The notes: generated by a model not told the origin, from the sequence alone. DNA of 63,000 bases, filler included, from Candidatus Hydrogenedentota bacterium (GCA_040752395.1; 14 parts of 14 records of this genome joined end to end with filler, not necessarily neighbours in it); one strand, 5' to 3'; positions 19,301-32,510 are shown, counted from the first letter of the whole stretch. Numbers and translations: made by a program.

Positions 19301-20626
19301 TTATCCGGCGCTGTTTTGTGCCATCTGTAAATCAGAGTGCCGCGGGATAATGCCCCATAATTTATCATATTCATAAGATATGATTCTTACTTTTTGTAAA
19401 GTGTTTAATATTTTATCAGGTGTCGCTACGTGTGAATCAGGGTGGTGCGGGTTTATATAAACACGGAGATAGTTAGACGTAAGACCACTTACTTTTTCAT
19501 TGTTATGTCTGTTTTCTATTAGAATGGTAGCCTCTCTATTGATAAATCCTTTTTTATATTGCTCAATAATCTTTTTTGTAAAATCTCTGGTGATTTTACT
19601 CCGTAATTTGATTAATTTTTTAGGAACCTTATCATTTAATTTATAAGAATCGGTTTCTGCTCTATCTGAATAACTGAAGATATGTAGATAAGCAAAGTTA
19701 TTTTTTTCAATAAATTGCAGAGTTTTATTCCAGTCATAATCGGTCTCAGAAGGGAACCCAACCATAACATCAGCACCGATACCTACATCTTTGATATTTG
19801 CAAATATATTTTGTAATACTTCATTATACTTCTCTATCGTATATCTTCTTTTCATTAATTTAAGTATTTTATTACTTGCGCTTTGCAGCGGTAAATGGAG
19901 ATGTTTACAAATTCTCTCGTTGTTTTTTACTATTTTTATCAGATCAGAGGTAACATCGCAAATATCAATCGAGCTCAATCGAACCCTGGAAATCGTACTC
20001 TTATCAAGTATTATTTCTAAAAGTTGTGGCAAGTTAATATTATTGTGGTTATAAAGACCGATATTCATCCCACATAATACAACTTCTTTAGTGCCAAGAG
20101 AAACGAGATTGTTTATCTCTTTTATTATATTATCAACGGGTTTTGATTCGCTTTTCCACCTTGCTATTCTTGCTTTACAATAGGAGCAATTAAAGTTACA
20201 CCCATCCTGAATTTTTATGAATGCTCGTGTTGTAAAAAACGAATTTTTTATATTAACATCTGTCCAGCGGTGATCCTGTTTATAGTGAGCAGGTAGCTCT
20301 AAATATCGCAATATATTAAATTTATTCTTATGGCCGATGTTTATAATACGCTTACCATTTATTTTGAAATCATCAGGGTTTGTTTCAGCATAACAGCCAG
20401 CAACAAATATCAGCGCGTTACTATTTTTTTTAATAGCTTGATTAACTGCTCGGCGGGAAGAGACATCACCTTCTTTAGTGACGGTGCAGGTATTTATAAT
20501 GTAGATATCTGCTAATGAATCGAATGGTACTATTTTGTAATTATTGTCTGATAAGATATTGGCTATAATCTCTGTATCAGATTGGTTTAATTTACAGCCA
20601 AGCGATTTTAGACCTACTTTTTTCAT
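19301..20626 (-). CDS. mtaB: tRNA methylthiotransferase, MtaB-like radical SAM enzyme
   Basis: LGCKLNQ, INTCTVT, GCYA, IQDGCNFNCSYC and RVRLSSI. Confidence 0.88.
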   Translation of the reverse strand: MKKVGLKSLGCKLNQSDTEIIANILSDNNYKIVPFDSLADIYIINTCTVTKEGDVSSRRAVNQAIKKNSNALIFVAGCYAETNPDDFKINGKRIINIGHKNKFNILRYLELPAHYKQDHRWTDVNIKNSFFTTRAFIKIQDGCNFNCSYCKARIARWKSESKPVDNIIKEINNLVSLGTKEVVLCGMNIGLYNHNNINLPQLLEIILDKSTISRVRLSSIDICDVTSDLIKIVKNNERICKHLHLPLQSASNKILKLMKRRYTIEKYNEVLQNIFANIKDVGIGADVMVGFPSETDYDWNKTLQFIEKNNFAYLHIFSYSDRAETDSYKLNDKVPKKLIKLRSKITRDFTKKIIEQYKKGFINREATILIENRHNNEKVSGLTSNYLRVYINPHHPDSHVATPDKILNTLQKVRIISYEYDKLWGIIPRHSDLQMAQNSAG

Positions 20627-21522
20627 TTTTTTGCGAACTCGATTACAATATCCGTGGCTTCGTTACCTGCGCGGAGCTGACCTTCTTCTGCTGACGCACC
20701 TAAATGCGGTGTTGCTATGACATTTGGATGTTTTGCAAGCTCATAATTTAGCGGTGGTTCTTTCTCATAAACATCCACGCCAGCTTTAGCAACCTTATCT
20801 TCATTCAAGGCTTTAAGTAGTGCGGATTCAGAAACAACGCCACCTCTCGAACAATTGATAATTATCACACCTTTCTTCATTTTTGATAGTGTTTCATCAT
20901 TTATCATATTTTTAGTTTCGTCAGTTAATGGTACATGGAGAGAAATAAAATCAGATTTTGATAAAAGTTCATCAAACGAGACTAACTTAACGTCGCTCCC
21001 TTGAGGAAGGTATGGGTCGTAAGCTATGACATTCATCCCAAAAGCTCTGGCCCGTTTACTAACTTCCTGACCGATCCTGCCGATACCGATAATCCCGAGC
21101 GTTTTCCCATAGAGTTCAGTACCTTCAAATGCTTTTTTCTCCCATTCGCCTTTTTTCATCGAGGCATCAGCTCTTGGTATAAATCTTACGCAAGCGAGCA
21201 TAAGCCCCAGGGTAAGTTCAGCCACTGAGATCGAGGTTGCTGTCGGGGTATTTCTCACCTGGATTTTTTTTGATTTCGCATATTCTACATCAACGTTATC
21301 GAGTCCGACTCCTGCACGAACGATGAGCTTTAAATTTTTAGCCGCATCAATAATATTTTTTGTAACCTTTGTTGCGCTTCGTATGATAATAACGTCAAAC
21401 TGACCAATAGCTGATTCTAATTCTTGTGGTGTCATCCCGGTTTTAACCGTAACATCTAATCCGGCTTTTTTCATTTTTTCTACAGGTTCGCTCGGGAACT
21501 TATCACTTACTAATACTCGCAT
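20623..21522 (-). CDS. serA: D-3-phosphoglycerate dehydrogenase-like (short form, no ACT domain)
   Basis: IRSATKV, RAGVGLDNVD, GIIGIGRIG, NCSRGG and TPHLGAS; true ATG at 21522 (upstream ORF extension is repeat). Confidence 0.8.
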   Translation of the reverse strand: MRVLVSDKFPSEPVEKMKKAGLDVTVKTGMTPQELESAIGQFDVIIIRSATKVTKNIIDAAKNLKLIVRAGVGLDNVDVEYAKSKKIQVRNTPTATSISVAELTLGLMLACVRFIPRADASMKKGEWEKKAFEGTELYGKTLGIIGIGRIGQEVSKRARAFGMNVIAYDPYLPQGSDVKLVSFDELLSKSDFISLHVPLTDETKNMINDETLSKMKKGVIIINCSRGGVVSESALLKALNEDKVAKAGVDVYEKEPPLNYELAKHPNVIATPHLGASAEEGQLRAGNEATDIVIEFAKK

Positions 21523-21528
21523 AATGTA

Positions 21529-21637
21529 TCCTCCTCTGAAAAACATTGTAACTATAATAATATCAAGTAGAAGCAAGAGGCAAGAAGCAAGATAACGGAA
21601 AGAAAGATAACGAAAGAAGCAAGAGGCAAGAAGCAAG
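21529..21637 (-). repeat. Mosaic repeat copy upstream of serA, at contig end
   Basis: CTTCTTG-type 7-mers ending ATGTTTTTCAGAGGAGG on the minus strand. Confidence 0.93.
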
Positions 21638-21745
21638 NNNNNNNNNNNNNNNNNNNNNNNNNNNNNNNNNNNNNNNNNNNNTTAATTAATTAANNNNNNN
21701 NNNNNNNNNNNNNNNNNNNNNNNNNNNNNNNNNNNNNATTATATA

Positions 21746-21969
21746 ATCCTCCTCTGAAAAACATTGTAACTATAATAATATCAAGTAGAAGCAAGAGGCA
21801 AGAAGCAAGAAGCAAGATAACGGAAGAAGTGAGAGGTATCAGAACAGGCTACAGGCTACAGGCTACGGACTACAGCCGGCTGGAGCCCGAAGCACGTAGT
21901 CTGTAGCCTGCTGAAAAGTCTTGAGTCTTGGGTTCTGTTTTGACTCACGACTCTTTTCATATTATCTCC

Positions 21970-21971
<2 letters not shown>
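21746..21971 (-). repeat. Mosaic repeat copy downstream of pyrG
   Basis: Minus strand: AAGGAG-ataatATGAAAAGAGTC...TTTTTCAGAGGAGG; the contig ends just where the next gene should start. Confidence 0.93.
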
Positions 21972-24393
<2,422 letters not shown>

Positions 24394-24394
<1 letters not shown>

Positions 24395-24855
24395 CAGCCG
24401 TACCTCTGCAAAATTGCTGTTGTAGAATGTCCTTTTTTGAGAGCCACTATCACTACTTTGCCACCTAGCTTTTTCACAATCTCTCTTCCAACTACATTGT
24501 CTTCTCTGTAATCACCACCTTTTACTATAATATCAGGCTGTATCTCTTTTATAAGGTTATAAGGCGTTAATTCAGAAAAACAAACTACATAATCAACATA
24601 CTTTATCGAGTCAATAATACAGCTTCGAGCTCTGAAATTCTGTAGCGGTCTTTTTTCCCCTTTCTTTAATTTTTTTACAGATGAATCACTATTTAATCCA
24701 ACAATTAGACAATCACCCAATTTTTTAGCTTCACTTAATACCTTTATATGTCCGGGATGTATAATATCAAAACACCCATTTGTAAATACTATGCTTTTCC
24801 CCCTGTTCTTTAACTTTTTTACAATTTTTCTAATATTATTTCTGCTAACTATCAA
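24394..24855 (-). CDS. rfaE2: D-glycero-beta-D-manno-heptose 1-phosphate adenylyltransferase (RfaE domain II)
   Basis: VFTNGCFDIIHPGH, VGLNSDSSV and KGGDY. Confidence 0.92.
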
Positions 24856-25149
24856 ATTTTTATTTTTTCTCCATAATCAATCAGTTCTTTTTGTGTAACA
24901 ACAGCTGTTCCTCGTTTACCAACAACCACCCCCGCCCCAAGATTAGCTAAGTAAGCTGATATCTCCAAGTCATAATTCAAACTCAAACATAAGGTTAAAA
25001 TAGCTATCACAGTATCACCTGCGCCTGTGACATCATAAACCTCTCTTGCCAGTGTTGGTATATGTTTATATTTGCCATCTTTATAAAATATTGTCATTCC
25101 TTCTTCACCACGCGTAACTATAAAATATTTGGAATTTAATCTTTTCATA
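24852..25149 (-). CDS. rfaE1: Heptose-7-phosphate kinase (RfaE domain I), 3' fragment
   Basis: VTRGEEGM, EVYDVTGAGDTVIA and VVGKRGTA; cut by contig end. Confidence 0.88.
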
Positions 25150-25250
25150 NNNNNNNNNNNNNNNNNNNNNNNNNNNNNNNNNNNNNNNNNNNNTTAATTA
25201 ATTAANNNNNNNNNNNNNNNNNNNNNNNNNNNNNNNNNNNNNNNNNNNNG

Positions 25251-25292
25251 GGTAGATTCGTTAAAAGAAAACCATTTGGTGAAATAAGATAA
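25251..25292 (+). CDS. 3' end of a gene, possibly dihydropyrimidinase
   Basis: GRFVKRKPFGEIR* resembles a hydantoinase C-terminus; aminotransferase and ssnA nearby; only 13 codons visible. Confidence 0.35.
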   Translation, partial: GRFVKRKPFGEIR

Positions 25293-25302
25293 GATTTCTT
25301 CG

Positions 25303-25573
25303 AAAGATTGAAAGATTCAAAGATTCAAAGGAAAGGCACAGAGGCACAAAGGCACAAAGGCACAAAGTATGAAAAGAGTCGTGAGTCGCAAGTCGTGAGT
25401 CAAAACAGGACTCAAGACTCAAGACTCAAGACTTTTCAGCAGGCTTTTGGCTTTTTGCTCCAGCCGGCTGTAGTCCGTAGCCTGTAGCCTGTCCTGATAC
25501 CTCTCACTTCTTCCGTTATCTTGCTTCTTGCTTCTACTTGATATTATTATAATTACAATGTTTTTCAGAGGAG
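25303..25573 (+). repeat. Mosaic intergenic repeat copy
   Basis: GATTCAAA and GGCACAAA 8-mers, then GAGTC/GACTC, GGCT/AGCC and CTTCTTG modules, terminal TTTTTCAGAGGAG. Confidence 0.95.
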
Positions 25574-25581
25574 TTTAAAAA

Positions 25582-26904
25582 ATGAATGAAAAATATTTGA
25601 CAGAAGAACAGATTCTACAGATGAGAGAAGAATATTTATTACCCTGTGTGATGAAGTATTTTTCCAAACCCCTACACATTGTAAGAGGAGAGATGCAGTA
25701 TGTTTATGATGTAGATGGCAAAAGATATCTCGATGCTTTTAGTGCCGTAGTGACTATTAGCGTGGGGTACTGTCATCCTGATGTGATAAAAAAGACTATA
25801 GAACAGAATCAAAAACTTCAACATATAACTACACTTTATCTTACAGAATCTGTTGTTAAATACGCAAAAAAATTACATAAAAAAGCTCCACCTTCATTAA
25901 AAAGATGTTTCTTTACTAATTCAGGAACCGAAGCAAATGAGATGGCTGCAATGCTTGCTAAAAATTATACCAAATCACAGGAATTTATTGCACTCCAACA
26001 TTCTTTTCACGGTCGAACACTGATGTCTATGTCTTTTACAGGTCAATCTATCTGGCGACATAGTTTACCATATGTTTTTGGTGTGACTCAGGCACCTGCT
26101 GCTTATTGTTATAGGTGTCCATTCAAGACAACGTATCCACGATGCGGTTGCGCCTGCGCTGAATATATTGAAGATATTATTAAATACAACACCTCAGGCA
26201 GGATCGCTGGTTTTATTCATGAACCTATCCACGGCTTTGGCGGAGTTATAGAACCTCCAAAAGAATATTTTAAAATAGCTTATGATATTATTAAAAAGTA
26301 TGGTGGAATTAATATCTCTGATGAGGTACAGACAGGGTTTGGGAGAACTGGTAGAAAATTTTTTGGGATCGAAAACTGGGGTGTGGTACCTGATATAATT
26401 ACTATGGCTAAAGGTATGGGAAACGGCATCCCTATTGGCGGTGTTATAGCTTCGGATGAAGTCGCTGAAGCGATACGCGGTAAAATACATTTTTCAACTT
26501 ATGGTGGTAACCCTGTATCCATGGTTCAGGGGCTTGAGGTGATAAATGTTATTGAGAGATACAAATATCAGGAAAACATAGAAAGGCTCGGTAAATTTTT
26601 AAAATCTCAATTCAAAAGATTAATGGATAAACATCCTATAATTGGGGATGTTCGTGGGTTTGGGTTTATGCTCGGTATAGAACTTGTAAAGAATCGAAAG
26701 ACCAAAGAGCCTGCAGCTGAAGAGCTCCTTTTTGTGATGGAGCTTTGCAAAGACAGGGGGCTTTTCATAGGTAAAGGAGCTATGGCAGGGAATGTTATTC
26801 GAATCAAACCACCATTCTGTATAACCAAACAAGATGCGGAATTTATTGTTAATACACTTGACGAAACCCTGAAAATAGCTGAGAAAAAATACAATATTAA
26901 ATAA
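25582..26904 (+). CDS. Class III PLP aminotransferase (AGXT2-like)
   Basis: NSGTEANE, SFHGRT, DEVQTGFGRTG, TMAKGMGNG and STYGGNP. Confidence 0.92.
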   Translation: MNEKYLTEEQILQMREEYLLPCVMKYFSKPLHIVRGEMQYVYDVDGKRYLDAFSAVVTISVGYCHPDVIKKTIEQNQKLQHITTLYLTESVVKYAKKLHKKAPPSLKRCFFTNSGTEANEMAAMLAKNYTKSQEFIALQHSFHGRTLMSMSFTGQSIWRHSLPYVFGVTQAPAAYCYRCPFKTTYPRCGCACAEYIEDIIKYNTSGRIAGFIHEPIHGFGGVIEPPKEYFKIAYDIIKKYGGINISDEVQTGFGRTGRKFFGIENWGVVPDIITMAKGMGNGIPIGGVIASDEVAEAIRGKIHFSTYGGNPVSMVQGLEVINVIERYKYQENIERLGKFLKSQFKRLMDKHPIIGDVRGFGFMLGIELVKNRKTKEPAAEELLFVMELCKDRGLFIGKGAMAGNVIRIKPPFCITKQDAEFIVNTLDETLKIAEKKYNIK

Positions 26905-27000
26905 GTGGTTATGCGTTTTTCGTTATCTTGCGTCTTGTTTCTTAATTCTACCTATTCTTAGTACCTTACAGATGAAATCTTGACATTTTTAGCAAAAATA

Positions 27001-27087
27001 TTTACCACGGAGACACTGAATTATAGAGACACGGAAAAATATATAAAAAATTCCGTGTTTCTGTTTTTCCGATTATTCCGTGGTAAA
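27001..27087. repeat. Nested inverted repeat (palindromic element)
   Basis: TTTACCACGGA...TCCGTGGTAAA outer arms; AGAGACACGGAA...TTCCGTGTTTCT inner arms. Confidence 0.8.
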
Positions 27088-27136
27088 ATTTCTTTTCCGA
27101 TTTATTCGGCTTAGGTTGACCAAAGTTGATTATATT

Positions 27137-27221
27137 GCCGAAGTGGCGGAAGTGGAAGACGCGCATGATTCAGGGTCATGTAAGCTTCGTGCTTGTGGGA
27201 GTTCAAGTCTCCCCTTCGGCA
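27137..27221 (+). tRNA. tRNA-Leu (CAG), CCA not encoded
   Basis: GCCGAAG/CTTCGGC acceptor stem, CATGA-TTCAGGG-TCATG anticodon arm, long variable arm, GTTCAAGTC T-loop. Confidence 0.95.
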
Positions 27222-27222
27222 T

Positions 27223-28548
27223 TTAACCAAACTTTTCCTCCAGCCGTTTCCACATCTTTGGTGATAGATTTCTGCACTGCTTCATAATATCTTCAAGATC
27301 AAGGGTTTTAATTTTTTTATTTTCCATTAGGACTTTACCGTTACAGATGGTAGTATCGACAGTTGCATCAACAATCCCAAAGATAAGGTGCCCTAGAAAA
27401 TTATTTACTGATAGAGGTGTAGGTGGATTATAATCAATGATTATCAGATCAGCGGGTTTGCCTTCTTCTATCACACCAACATCTATACCGGAAACACGTT
27501 TCACGATTTCGCGATTGTTCTCGAAAAGCAATTTTGGTGCCTCGCAGAACGCAACACGTGGGTCCATATTATCAAGCCGATGTAATAGATACGCACAACG
27601 CATCTGTGCTAACATATCAGATGACATACCATCTGTCCCTAAACCAACAAGAATACCACGCTCCAGCATCTTAAGAACTTTTGAGACACCCACCGCATTG
27701 TTCATATTTGATTCAGGATTATGTATAACAATTGTATCTGTCTCTTTTATAATATCCATCTCTTCGTCATCTATCCAGATACAATGTGAGAAAATGCTTT
27801 TACTGCCAGTGATACCGAGTTTATGCAGTCGTTTAACCACAGGGACGCTATAATTTTTAATCGAGTGTTCTCTATCGGCCTTATCTTCAGCAACGTGTAT
27901 ATGACAACCCACCCCAAACTCTTTTGCGATCCGCTCGCATTCTTTTACAGTATCATCTGAAACAGTGAAACTCGCATGTAAACCAACCATACCCGAAACA
28001 AGTTTAGACCGCTTTTTTGAAAGTGATTGAAGAAATCTTCTGTTTTCATTTATTCCACCACCTTTGATGTTCCTATCCGAGACTTCGTAACATAAGTTTG
28101 CTCTGATGCCAGCTTGTTCAACCGCAGAACGAAGAATATCTAAACTGCCATCACGATACGATGGTGATGCATGGTGGTCAATAATCGTGGTTGTCCCATT
28201 TCTTATACATTCATATAACGGAACCAGAGCACTTAATAAAATATCTTGTTTATTAAGGGAGTAATCCAGTCGCCACCACAATCGCTCAAGTATCTCAACA
28301 AAATTCGACGCAGACTCTCCAGGGATAGCCATACCACGTGCCATCGTAGAATATAAATGATGATGTGTACAGATAAGCCCGGGCATCACAAGTTTGTTTT
28401 TTGCCTCGATGATTTTGCATTTTGCAGGGGCTTTGATGTTAGTACCGATGGCTTGAATAATTTTATCTTTAATAAGAACTGAACCAGAGTTTAATACATT
28501 GCCTGTTAATGTAACAACTATACCGTTCTTAATTAAAATAGAGTCCAT
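27223..28548 (-). CDS. ssnA: SsnA-like amidohydrolase
   Basis: MPGLICTHHHLYS, DHHAS, GLHASFT, HIHVAE, HNPESNMNNAVG and LGTDG. Confidence 0.9.
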   Translation of the reverse strand: MDSILIKNGIVVTLTGNVLNSGSVLIKDKIIQAIGTNIKAPAKCKIIEAKNKLVMPGLICTHHHLYSTMARGMAIPGESASNFVEILERLWWRLDYSLNKQDILLSALVPLYECIRNGTTTIIDHHASPSYRDGSLDILRSAVEQAGIRANLCYEVSDRNIKGGGINENRRFLQSLSKKRSKLVSGMVGLHASFTVSDDTVKECERIAKEFGVGCHIHVAEDKADREHSIKNYSVPVVKRLHKLGITGSKSIFSHCIWIDDEEMDIIKETDTIVIHNPESNMNNAVGVSKVLKMLERGILVGLGTDGMSSDMLAQMRCAYLLHRLDNMDPRVAFCEAPKLLFENNREIVKRVSGIDVGVIEEGKPADLIIIDYNPPTPLSVNNFLGHLIFGIVDATVDTTICNGKVLMENKKIKTLDLEDIMKQCRNLSPKMWKRLEEKFG

Positions 28549-28551
28549 AAA

Positions 28552-28656
28552 TCCTCCTCTGAAAAACTTCGCAACTCTAATAATTCGGGCTACAGGCTAC
28601 GGACTACAGCCGGCTGGAGCAAAAAGCCAAAAGCCTGCTGAAAAGTCTTGAGTCTT
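28552..28656 (-). repeat. Mosaic repeat copy upstream of ssnA, at contig end
   Basis: Minus strand ends ATTATTAGAGTTGCGAAGTTTTTCAGAGGAGG-attt-ATG. Confidence 0.93.
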
Positions 28657-28756
28657 NNNNNNNNNNNNNNNNNNNNNNNNNNNNNNNNNNNNNNNNNNNN
28701 TTAATTAATTAANNNNNNNNNNNNNNNNNNNNNNNNNNNNNNNNNNNNNNNNNNNN

Positions 28757-28980
28757 ACAGCCGGCTGGAGTCAAAAGCCAAAAGCCTGCTGAAAAGTCTT
28801 GAGTCTTGAGTCTCGAGTCTCGAGTCCTGTTTTGACTCACGACTTGCGACTCACGACTCTTTTCATATCATCTTTAGTTTTTCATACTTTGTGTAGAGCG
28901 CAAAAACTCAATAACCCAATAACCCAATAACCCAAGAACCCAATAGTGTAGAGCGCAAACGCGCTCATGATGACTCTCGA
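28757..28980 (-). repeat. Mosaic repeat copy downstream of mdh, at contig start
   Basis: GAGCGC/GCGCTC hairpin, TATTGGGT-type 8-mers, GAGTC/GACTC arms, GGCT/AGCC arms. Confidence 0.93.
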
Positions 28981-29064
28981 CTCTTTAACTTCATAAACTG
29001 ATTTCATTTTGCAATTTCCAATTTCCAATCTTCAATTTACTTTAACTGATGGGTTACTAACTGA

Positions 29065-29988
29065 TTAATATCCTAATGATTTACTTGTATTACGATAGAA
29101 TTCAGCAGATTTCTGCAAAGCTTTTAAATCAGTCTCAGATAATTTGATTTCAATGATTTTTTCAACACCGTCTTTACCAAGTATTACAGGGACACCAATA
29201 AAAGTGTCATTTATTCCATACTGGCCTTCAAGTAAAGTTGAAACAGGTAACACTCGTTTCTTGTCTTTAAGAATAGCCTCAACCATACTTACAGTAGAGG
29301 CAGCTGGTGCGTAATAGGCGCTCCCGGTCTTTAGATAACCAACGATCTCTTCTCCACCCTTTATAGTCCGTTTTACAATACCCTGCAATTTATCCTCTTG
29401 TATAAGATGCTTAACAGGGATACCTGAAACAGTAGTATATTCAATAAGTGGAACCATAGTATCACCGTGACCGCCAAGAACCATTGTTGATACATCTTCA
29501 ATAGAAACACCGAGCTCCATCGCAATAAAAGTTTTCAATCTTGCAGAATCAAGAACACCTGCCTGACCCATAACCCGATTTTTAGGAAAACCAGAGATTT
29601 TATAAGCAAGATATGTCATTACATCAAGAGGATTGGTAACCATAAGAATAATAGATTCCGGGGCATATTTCTTGATATTTTCAACCACACTTTTTACTAT
29701 ATCAGCATTGATTTTCAATAGGTCTTCACGACTCATCCCGGGCTTCCTTGCAATACCTGCTGTAACAACAACAATGTCAGAATTTTGTAATTTAGAAAAA
29801 TCATTTGTCCCCTCAACATAACTATCAAACATTTCAAGTGGACCGGTTTGTAACATATCAAGTCCTTTACCCTGCGGGATGCCTTCAAGGACATCGATAA
29901 GAACAGCGTCACCGAGTTCTTTTTGTACTACAAGTAAAGCAGTCGAAGCACCGACATTACCTGCACCTACAATTGTTATTTTACACAT
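29065..29988 (-). CDS. mdh: Malate dehydrogenase (LDH-like)
   Basis: [33 protein letters not shown] and GGHGD; true ATG at 29988. Confidence 0.95.
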   Translation of the reverse strand: MCKITIVGAGNVGASTALLVVQKELGDAVLIDVLEGIPQGKGLDMLQTGPLEMFDSYVEGTNDFSKLQNSDIVVVTAGIARKPGMSREDLLKINADIVKSVVENIKKYAPESIILMVTNPLDVMTYLAYKISGFPKNRVMGQAGVLDSARLKTFIAMELGVSIEDVSTMVLGGHGDTMVPLIEYTTVSGIPVKHLIQEDKLQGIVKRTIKGGEEIVGYLKTGSAYYAPAASTVSMVEAILKDKKRVLPVSTLLEGQYGINDTFIGVPVILGKDGVEKIIEIKLSETDLKALQKSAEFYRNTSKSLGY

Positions 29989-29994
29989 ATAAAA

Positions 29995-30140
29995 ACCTCC
30001 TCTGAAAAACATTGTAACTCTAATGATATCAAGTAGAGGCAAGAGGCAAGAAACAAGAAGTCTGACTCCTGACTCCTAACTTCTAATTTTTAATTTTTAA
30101 TTTAACTTTCTGCCTTTGTGCCTTCTCCTTCTGTCTTCTG
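29995..30140 (-). repeat. Mosaic repeat copy between rpsA and mdh
   Basis: Terminal SD module plus CTGACTC 7-mers and TTTGTGCC 8-mers. Confidence 0.88.
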
Positions 30141-32081
30141 TTAAGATGTAGCTGCATCTTTGATCAAATTATCAAGTTTATCTTTAAGGATATCACCAAG
30201 GCTAAATCCCTGAGTACCTTTCATATATTGTTTCATTTCTTCGAGTTCTTTGACTTTTAAATACTCTTTAACACTCAGGGTTATTTTTCGTTCAGCGGCA
30301 TAGATTTTTATTACTTTTGTTTTAATCATCTCACCAATTCTGATATTTTTTATTGCAATATCAGGTTTTTCTTCTGCGATATGGTTTAAAGGTATAAAGC
30401 CATCAATATTTTCACTGATGGATAGAAAGACCCCATTATTAATAACTCTTACAACCTTTCCTTCAATAATGCTTCCTTCAGGATAATTTTTTATAAGTAT
30501 ATTAAATGGGTCTTCTTTTAACTGTTTAATACCAAGTTTAATCTTTTTCTCTTTAGGATCAATAGTTAAGACGCATGTTTCTATAATCTGGCCGATATGA
30601 TATTTTTTTAATACATTGCGTGAGGCATCTGTCCAGGATATTTCTTCCACAGGCACAAGCCCTTCTACATCATTTTCTATTTCAACAAACATCCCGAAAT
30701 TCGTTATCCCGGTTATTCTCCCTTTTACAACGCTGCCCACAGGATAATTTTCAGCTACTATAATCCAGGGGTCTATTGATACGTGTTTCAGACTCAGGGA
30801 TATCTTTTTTTCTTCTTCTTTAAGTTCGAGTACTCGTACTTCAATAATCTGGTTTTCTTTGATTATATCTTTTATTTTAGGTATTTTTTTACTCCATGAT
30901 AAATCACTAATGTGAATGAGTCCCTCAACCCCGGGCTCAAGTTCCACAAACGCACCAAAATCCGTGATATTAAGGACTCTGCCTTTTACTACGGATTGTG
31001 GCGGATATTTTTGTTTAATATTTAACCATGGGTCAGGTGTTAATTGTTTGATACCTAATTTTACTTTTTTACTTTCTTTTTCTATATTTAAGATAACAGT
31101 CTTGATTTTGTTTCCCAAAGAGAGAGATTTAATATCTTTTTCAGGATTGGATCGCCAGCTGATATCGTTTCTTTGCACCAGGCCATCGAAGTAAGGTGTC
31201 AATTCAATAAAAACACCAAAATTCGTAATATTTTTAATCTTTCCTTCAATAATATCTCCGACCTGTTTTTCCTTTAAAAATTTTTCAAAAGCTTTATCTC
31301 TTTCATTATCAAGATAGGCTCTATGACTCAGGGTTAATTTATTTTTCGATTGTTGATACTCGATCACCATAAATTTTAGTTTCTTATTTAATAAGCTTTT
31401 TAGGTCAATTTTACCACTTGCAGAGAATTGAGTTTTATGACAGAATCCTTTTATACCATCGACATCAATGATAGAACCTTCTTTAATTACTTCTTCGACC
31501 ACACCCTCTATATAATCTTTTGATAGGGATGCTTTTTTAATTTTAGAAGAAGCGAGTATCTTTTTAGCTTTAATTCTTGACAGAACGGGTTCGGCGCCAT
31601 CAAATCTTCTTCTTTCTATAAAGACCTCTATTTTATCACCTTTATGATATTTATCCATTTCGCGGGTGAATTTTAATTCATCTACAGATAATAACCCTTC
31701 TGCTTTATCGCCGATATCAATCAGCAGATTTTGTCCTAAAATATCAACGATTACACCCTCAACAATTGCTCCTTCTCTCTTTTCTGGAATAATATCTTCG
31801 ATAATTTCTTCCATCTGGTTATCTTTGGGTATTGTTGTTTTATCAAGGGTTTCATCAGCTGTTAAATAATTATCAAATGGAGTTATCTCGCCTATGACTG
31901 TGCCTTCGATATTAGTGATGGGGGTAGCGGATTTTAATTCTTCTTTGTTTTTTGATAACAGTTCTTCACGGATGTCGCCAATGATATTTTGTAATGAACT
32001 ATCATTATTTTTTGGAGCGTGTGAAGAAAGAATACTTCCCTCAATCTTCCCCTCAACTTCCTTTATATTTTTATCTTCCAT
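30141..32081 (-). CDS. rpsA: 30S ribosomal protein S1 with an N-terminal extension
   Basis: Six S1-type repeats (e.g. ITDFGAFVELEPGVEGLIHISDLSW); C-terminal FSLGDIL. Confidence 0.93.
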   Translation of the reverse strand: MEDKNIKEVEGKIEGSILSSHAPKNNDSSLQNIIGDIREELLSKNKEELKSATPITNIEGTVIGEITPFDNYLTADETLDKTTIPKDNQMEEIIEDIIPEKREGAIVEGVIVDILGQNLLIDIGDKAEGLLSVDELKFTREMDKYHKGDKIEVFIERRRFDGAEPVLSRIKAKKILASSKIKKASLSKDYIEGVVEEVIKEGSIIDVDGIKGFCHKTQFSASGKIDLKSLLNKKLKFMVIEYQQSKNKLTLSHRAYLDNERDKAFEKFLKEKQVGDIIEGKIKNITNFGVFIELTPYFDGLVQRNDISWRSNPEKDIKSLSLGNKIKTVILNIEKESKKVKLGIKQLTPDPWLNIKQKYPPQSVVKGRVLNITDFGAFVELEPGVEGLIHISDLSWSKKIPKIKDIIKENQIIEVRVLELKEEEKKISLSLKHVSIDPWIIVAENYPVGSVVKGRITGITNFGMFVEIENDVEGLVPVEEISWTDASRNVLKKYHIGQIIETCVLTIDPKEKKIKLGIKQLKEDPFNILIKNYPEGSIIEGKVVRVINNGVFLSISENIDGFIPLNHIAEEKPDIAIKNIRIGEMIKTKVIKIYAAERKITLSVKEYLKVKELEEMKQYMKGTQGFSLGDILKDKLDNLIKDAATS

Positions 32082-32250
32082 TTTTTATCAAACCTCGGAA
32101 ATTTTAATTTTTCTTGTATATTATAGAATAAAAAGTACAATAAAGAAATANNNNNNNNNNNNNNNNNNNNNNNNNNNNNNNNNNNNNNNNNNNNTTAATT
32201 AATTAANNNNNNNNNNNNNNNNNNNNNNNNNNNNNNNNNNNNNNNNNNNN

Positions 32251-32510
32251 GCAAGATAACGGAAAGAAAGATAACGAAAGAGGCAAGAAGCAAGAGGCAA
32301 GAAAACGTCTGAATCTGGTTTTTCAGGCTTTGTGTAGCGGTGCAACGCACCGCATGATGACTCCTCTGAAAAACATTGTAACTATAATAATTCGGGCTAC
32401 AGGCTACGGACTACAGCCGTCTGGAGCCAAAAGCCCAAAGCCTGAAGCCAACATATCATCTTTAGTTTTTCATACTTTGTGCCTTTGTGCCTCTGTGCCT
32501 CTTGCTTCTA
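32251..32510 (-). repeat. Mosaic repeat copy overlapping the 3' end of a membrane-protein gene
   Basis: GGCACAAA arms, GGCT/AGCC arms, internal TTTTTCAGAGGAG-tcatcATG, GCGGTGC/GCACCGC hairpin. Confidence 0.9.

Noticed and set aside
21523-21636. Shared N-terminal [14 protein letters not shown] leader on SerA, Mdh and HicB in the ORF track
   Set aside because: It is the translated repeat cap. True starts follow the SD, and the frame is not kept at ssb, leuD or the aminotransferase.
28606-28806. True adjacency of the ssnA and mdh contigs through matching repeat ends
   Set aside because: The match is in a multicopy repeat and differs by a base (GGAGCA vs GGAGTC); contig order reflects size.
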